From assembly GCA_963766075.1 (NCBI GenBank), contig CAVYAN010000005.1, positions 1-39,750 on the forward strand: a stretch of DNA of 39,750 nucleotides, in the 5' to 3' direction. The position numbers were made by a program, and so were the translations under genes. Origin of the DNA: an uncultured cyanobacterium (lineage in GTDB: Bacteria; Cyanobacteriota; Cyanobacteriia; Leptolyngbyales; Leptolyngbyaceae). Shown one piece after another: positions 39,032 to 39,750 of the stretch (position 1 is the stretch's first letter; every line of letters begins with the position of its first letter). The notes below the pieces were generated by a model. The model saw nothing but the letters and a program-made list of their open reading frames with translations. It was not told where the DNA came from and ran no database searches.

Positions 39032-39750
39032 CTAGACCTGAACATCCACCCGGTGATTGAGGCTGGGCATTTGCCGACGGACTTGTTCGAGGCGGGAAGG
39101 ATTAATGGCGGCGATCGCCACACCGGGCTTATCCCCTGCATCGGCCAACACCGTCCCCCAGGGATCGACAATCATCGCGTGGCCGTGGGTGTGGCGCATG
39201 GCGTAATGTTGTCCGGTTTGGGCCGGGGCGATTACATAACAGGTATTTTCAATGGCACGGGCTTGCAGCAGCACCTGCCAGTGATCTTTGCCGGTATAGG
39301 CGGTAAAGGCAGCCGGAACAAACAGCACCTCTGCTCCCATTTTGGACAAATAACGATAGAGTTCTGGAAACCGCACGTCGTAGCATACCGATATGCCCAG
39401 CTTACCTAATTCCGGGGAATCGTAGACTGGGGGCAAGTTGGTCCCGGCCAGGACCGTGCCCGATTCCTGATACGTGTTGCCATCGGGGAGATTCACATCA
39501 AACAGGTGCATTTTTTGATACCGCGCCAGTCTTCACCGTTGGGAGACACCAGCAGGGCAGTGTTATAAACCTTGCCGTTGCCCGTGGGCACGGGAAAGCC
39601 CCCGCCCAGAATGGTGATTTGGAAGCGCTGAGCCACGGTTTTGAGGAACTTTTCGGTATCGTGGGCGATGGTGTCTGCCTGGGCCATTTTTCGGCTTCAT
39701 CACCCAAAAAAGCAAAATTTTCCCGGCAGGGCAACCAGGTCTGCCCCTTG
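39032..39750 (-). CDS. Carbon-nitrogen hydrolase, Nit1-like (deaminated glutathione amidase-like); 5' end outside the window, three one-base frameshifts
   Basis: Reconstructed QGADLVALPENFAFLGDEAEKMAQA..KVYNTALL..RYQKMHLFDV..VCYDVRFPELYR..ARAIENTCY..GHAMIVDPWG, with the E-K-C triad intact. Shifts occur at ~39724, ~39690 and ~39531. Confidence 0.9.

Larger units (their letters stand above)
524..39118. repeat. Dispersed HIP1 octamer GCGATCGC
   Basis: Dozens of copies through coding and intergenic DNA, a hallmark of many cyanobacteria. Confidence 0.9.

Noticed and set aside
816..39409. Numerous antisense and alternate-frame ORFs in the track
   Set aside because: Shadows of well-supported genes, except those used above to reconstruct frameshifted CDSs.

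Overview
Cyanobacterial chromosomal segment, judged from the dense HIP1 octamer GCGATCGC, a canonical NtcA promoter and DUF928/CHASE2/HstK-type genes. Left to right: the 3' end of a YgiT-type Zn-finger gene; a MacAB-like efflux operon (+); a minus-strand operon of ABC-2 permease, HlyD adaptor, Na+/K+-ATPase-like (P2C-signature) P-type ATPase and a small membrane protein; fused remnants of an IS630 and an IS5/IS903-group element; and a ~13 kb nitrogen-scavenging locus. That locus has DUF3318, a tandem NHLP/nitrile-hydratase-alpha-like protein, a Cys-tailed NCS1-like permease, formamidase fmdA and fmdB on the minus strand. Divergent from these are an NtcA-type promoter, a histidine kinase whose sensor is a full paralogue of that permease, a REC-MarR regulator and two Liv/Nat-type binding proteins. 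Downstream lie a REC protein, a 2135-aa Ser/Thr kinase-AAA-GAF-PAS-His kinase, an AbrB-family membrane protein, DUF928, a CHASE2-GGDEF cyclase, a methyltransferase, a radical SAM protein and a partial Nit1-like hydrolase. At least 8 single-base frameshifts in otherwise intact genes, mostly in homopolymers, look like sequencing errors. The best candidate for an undescribed system is the transporter/transceptor-controlled amide (formamide) utilisation locus. All family assignments are from motif recognition by eye; no searches were run.
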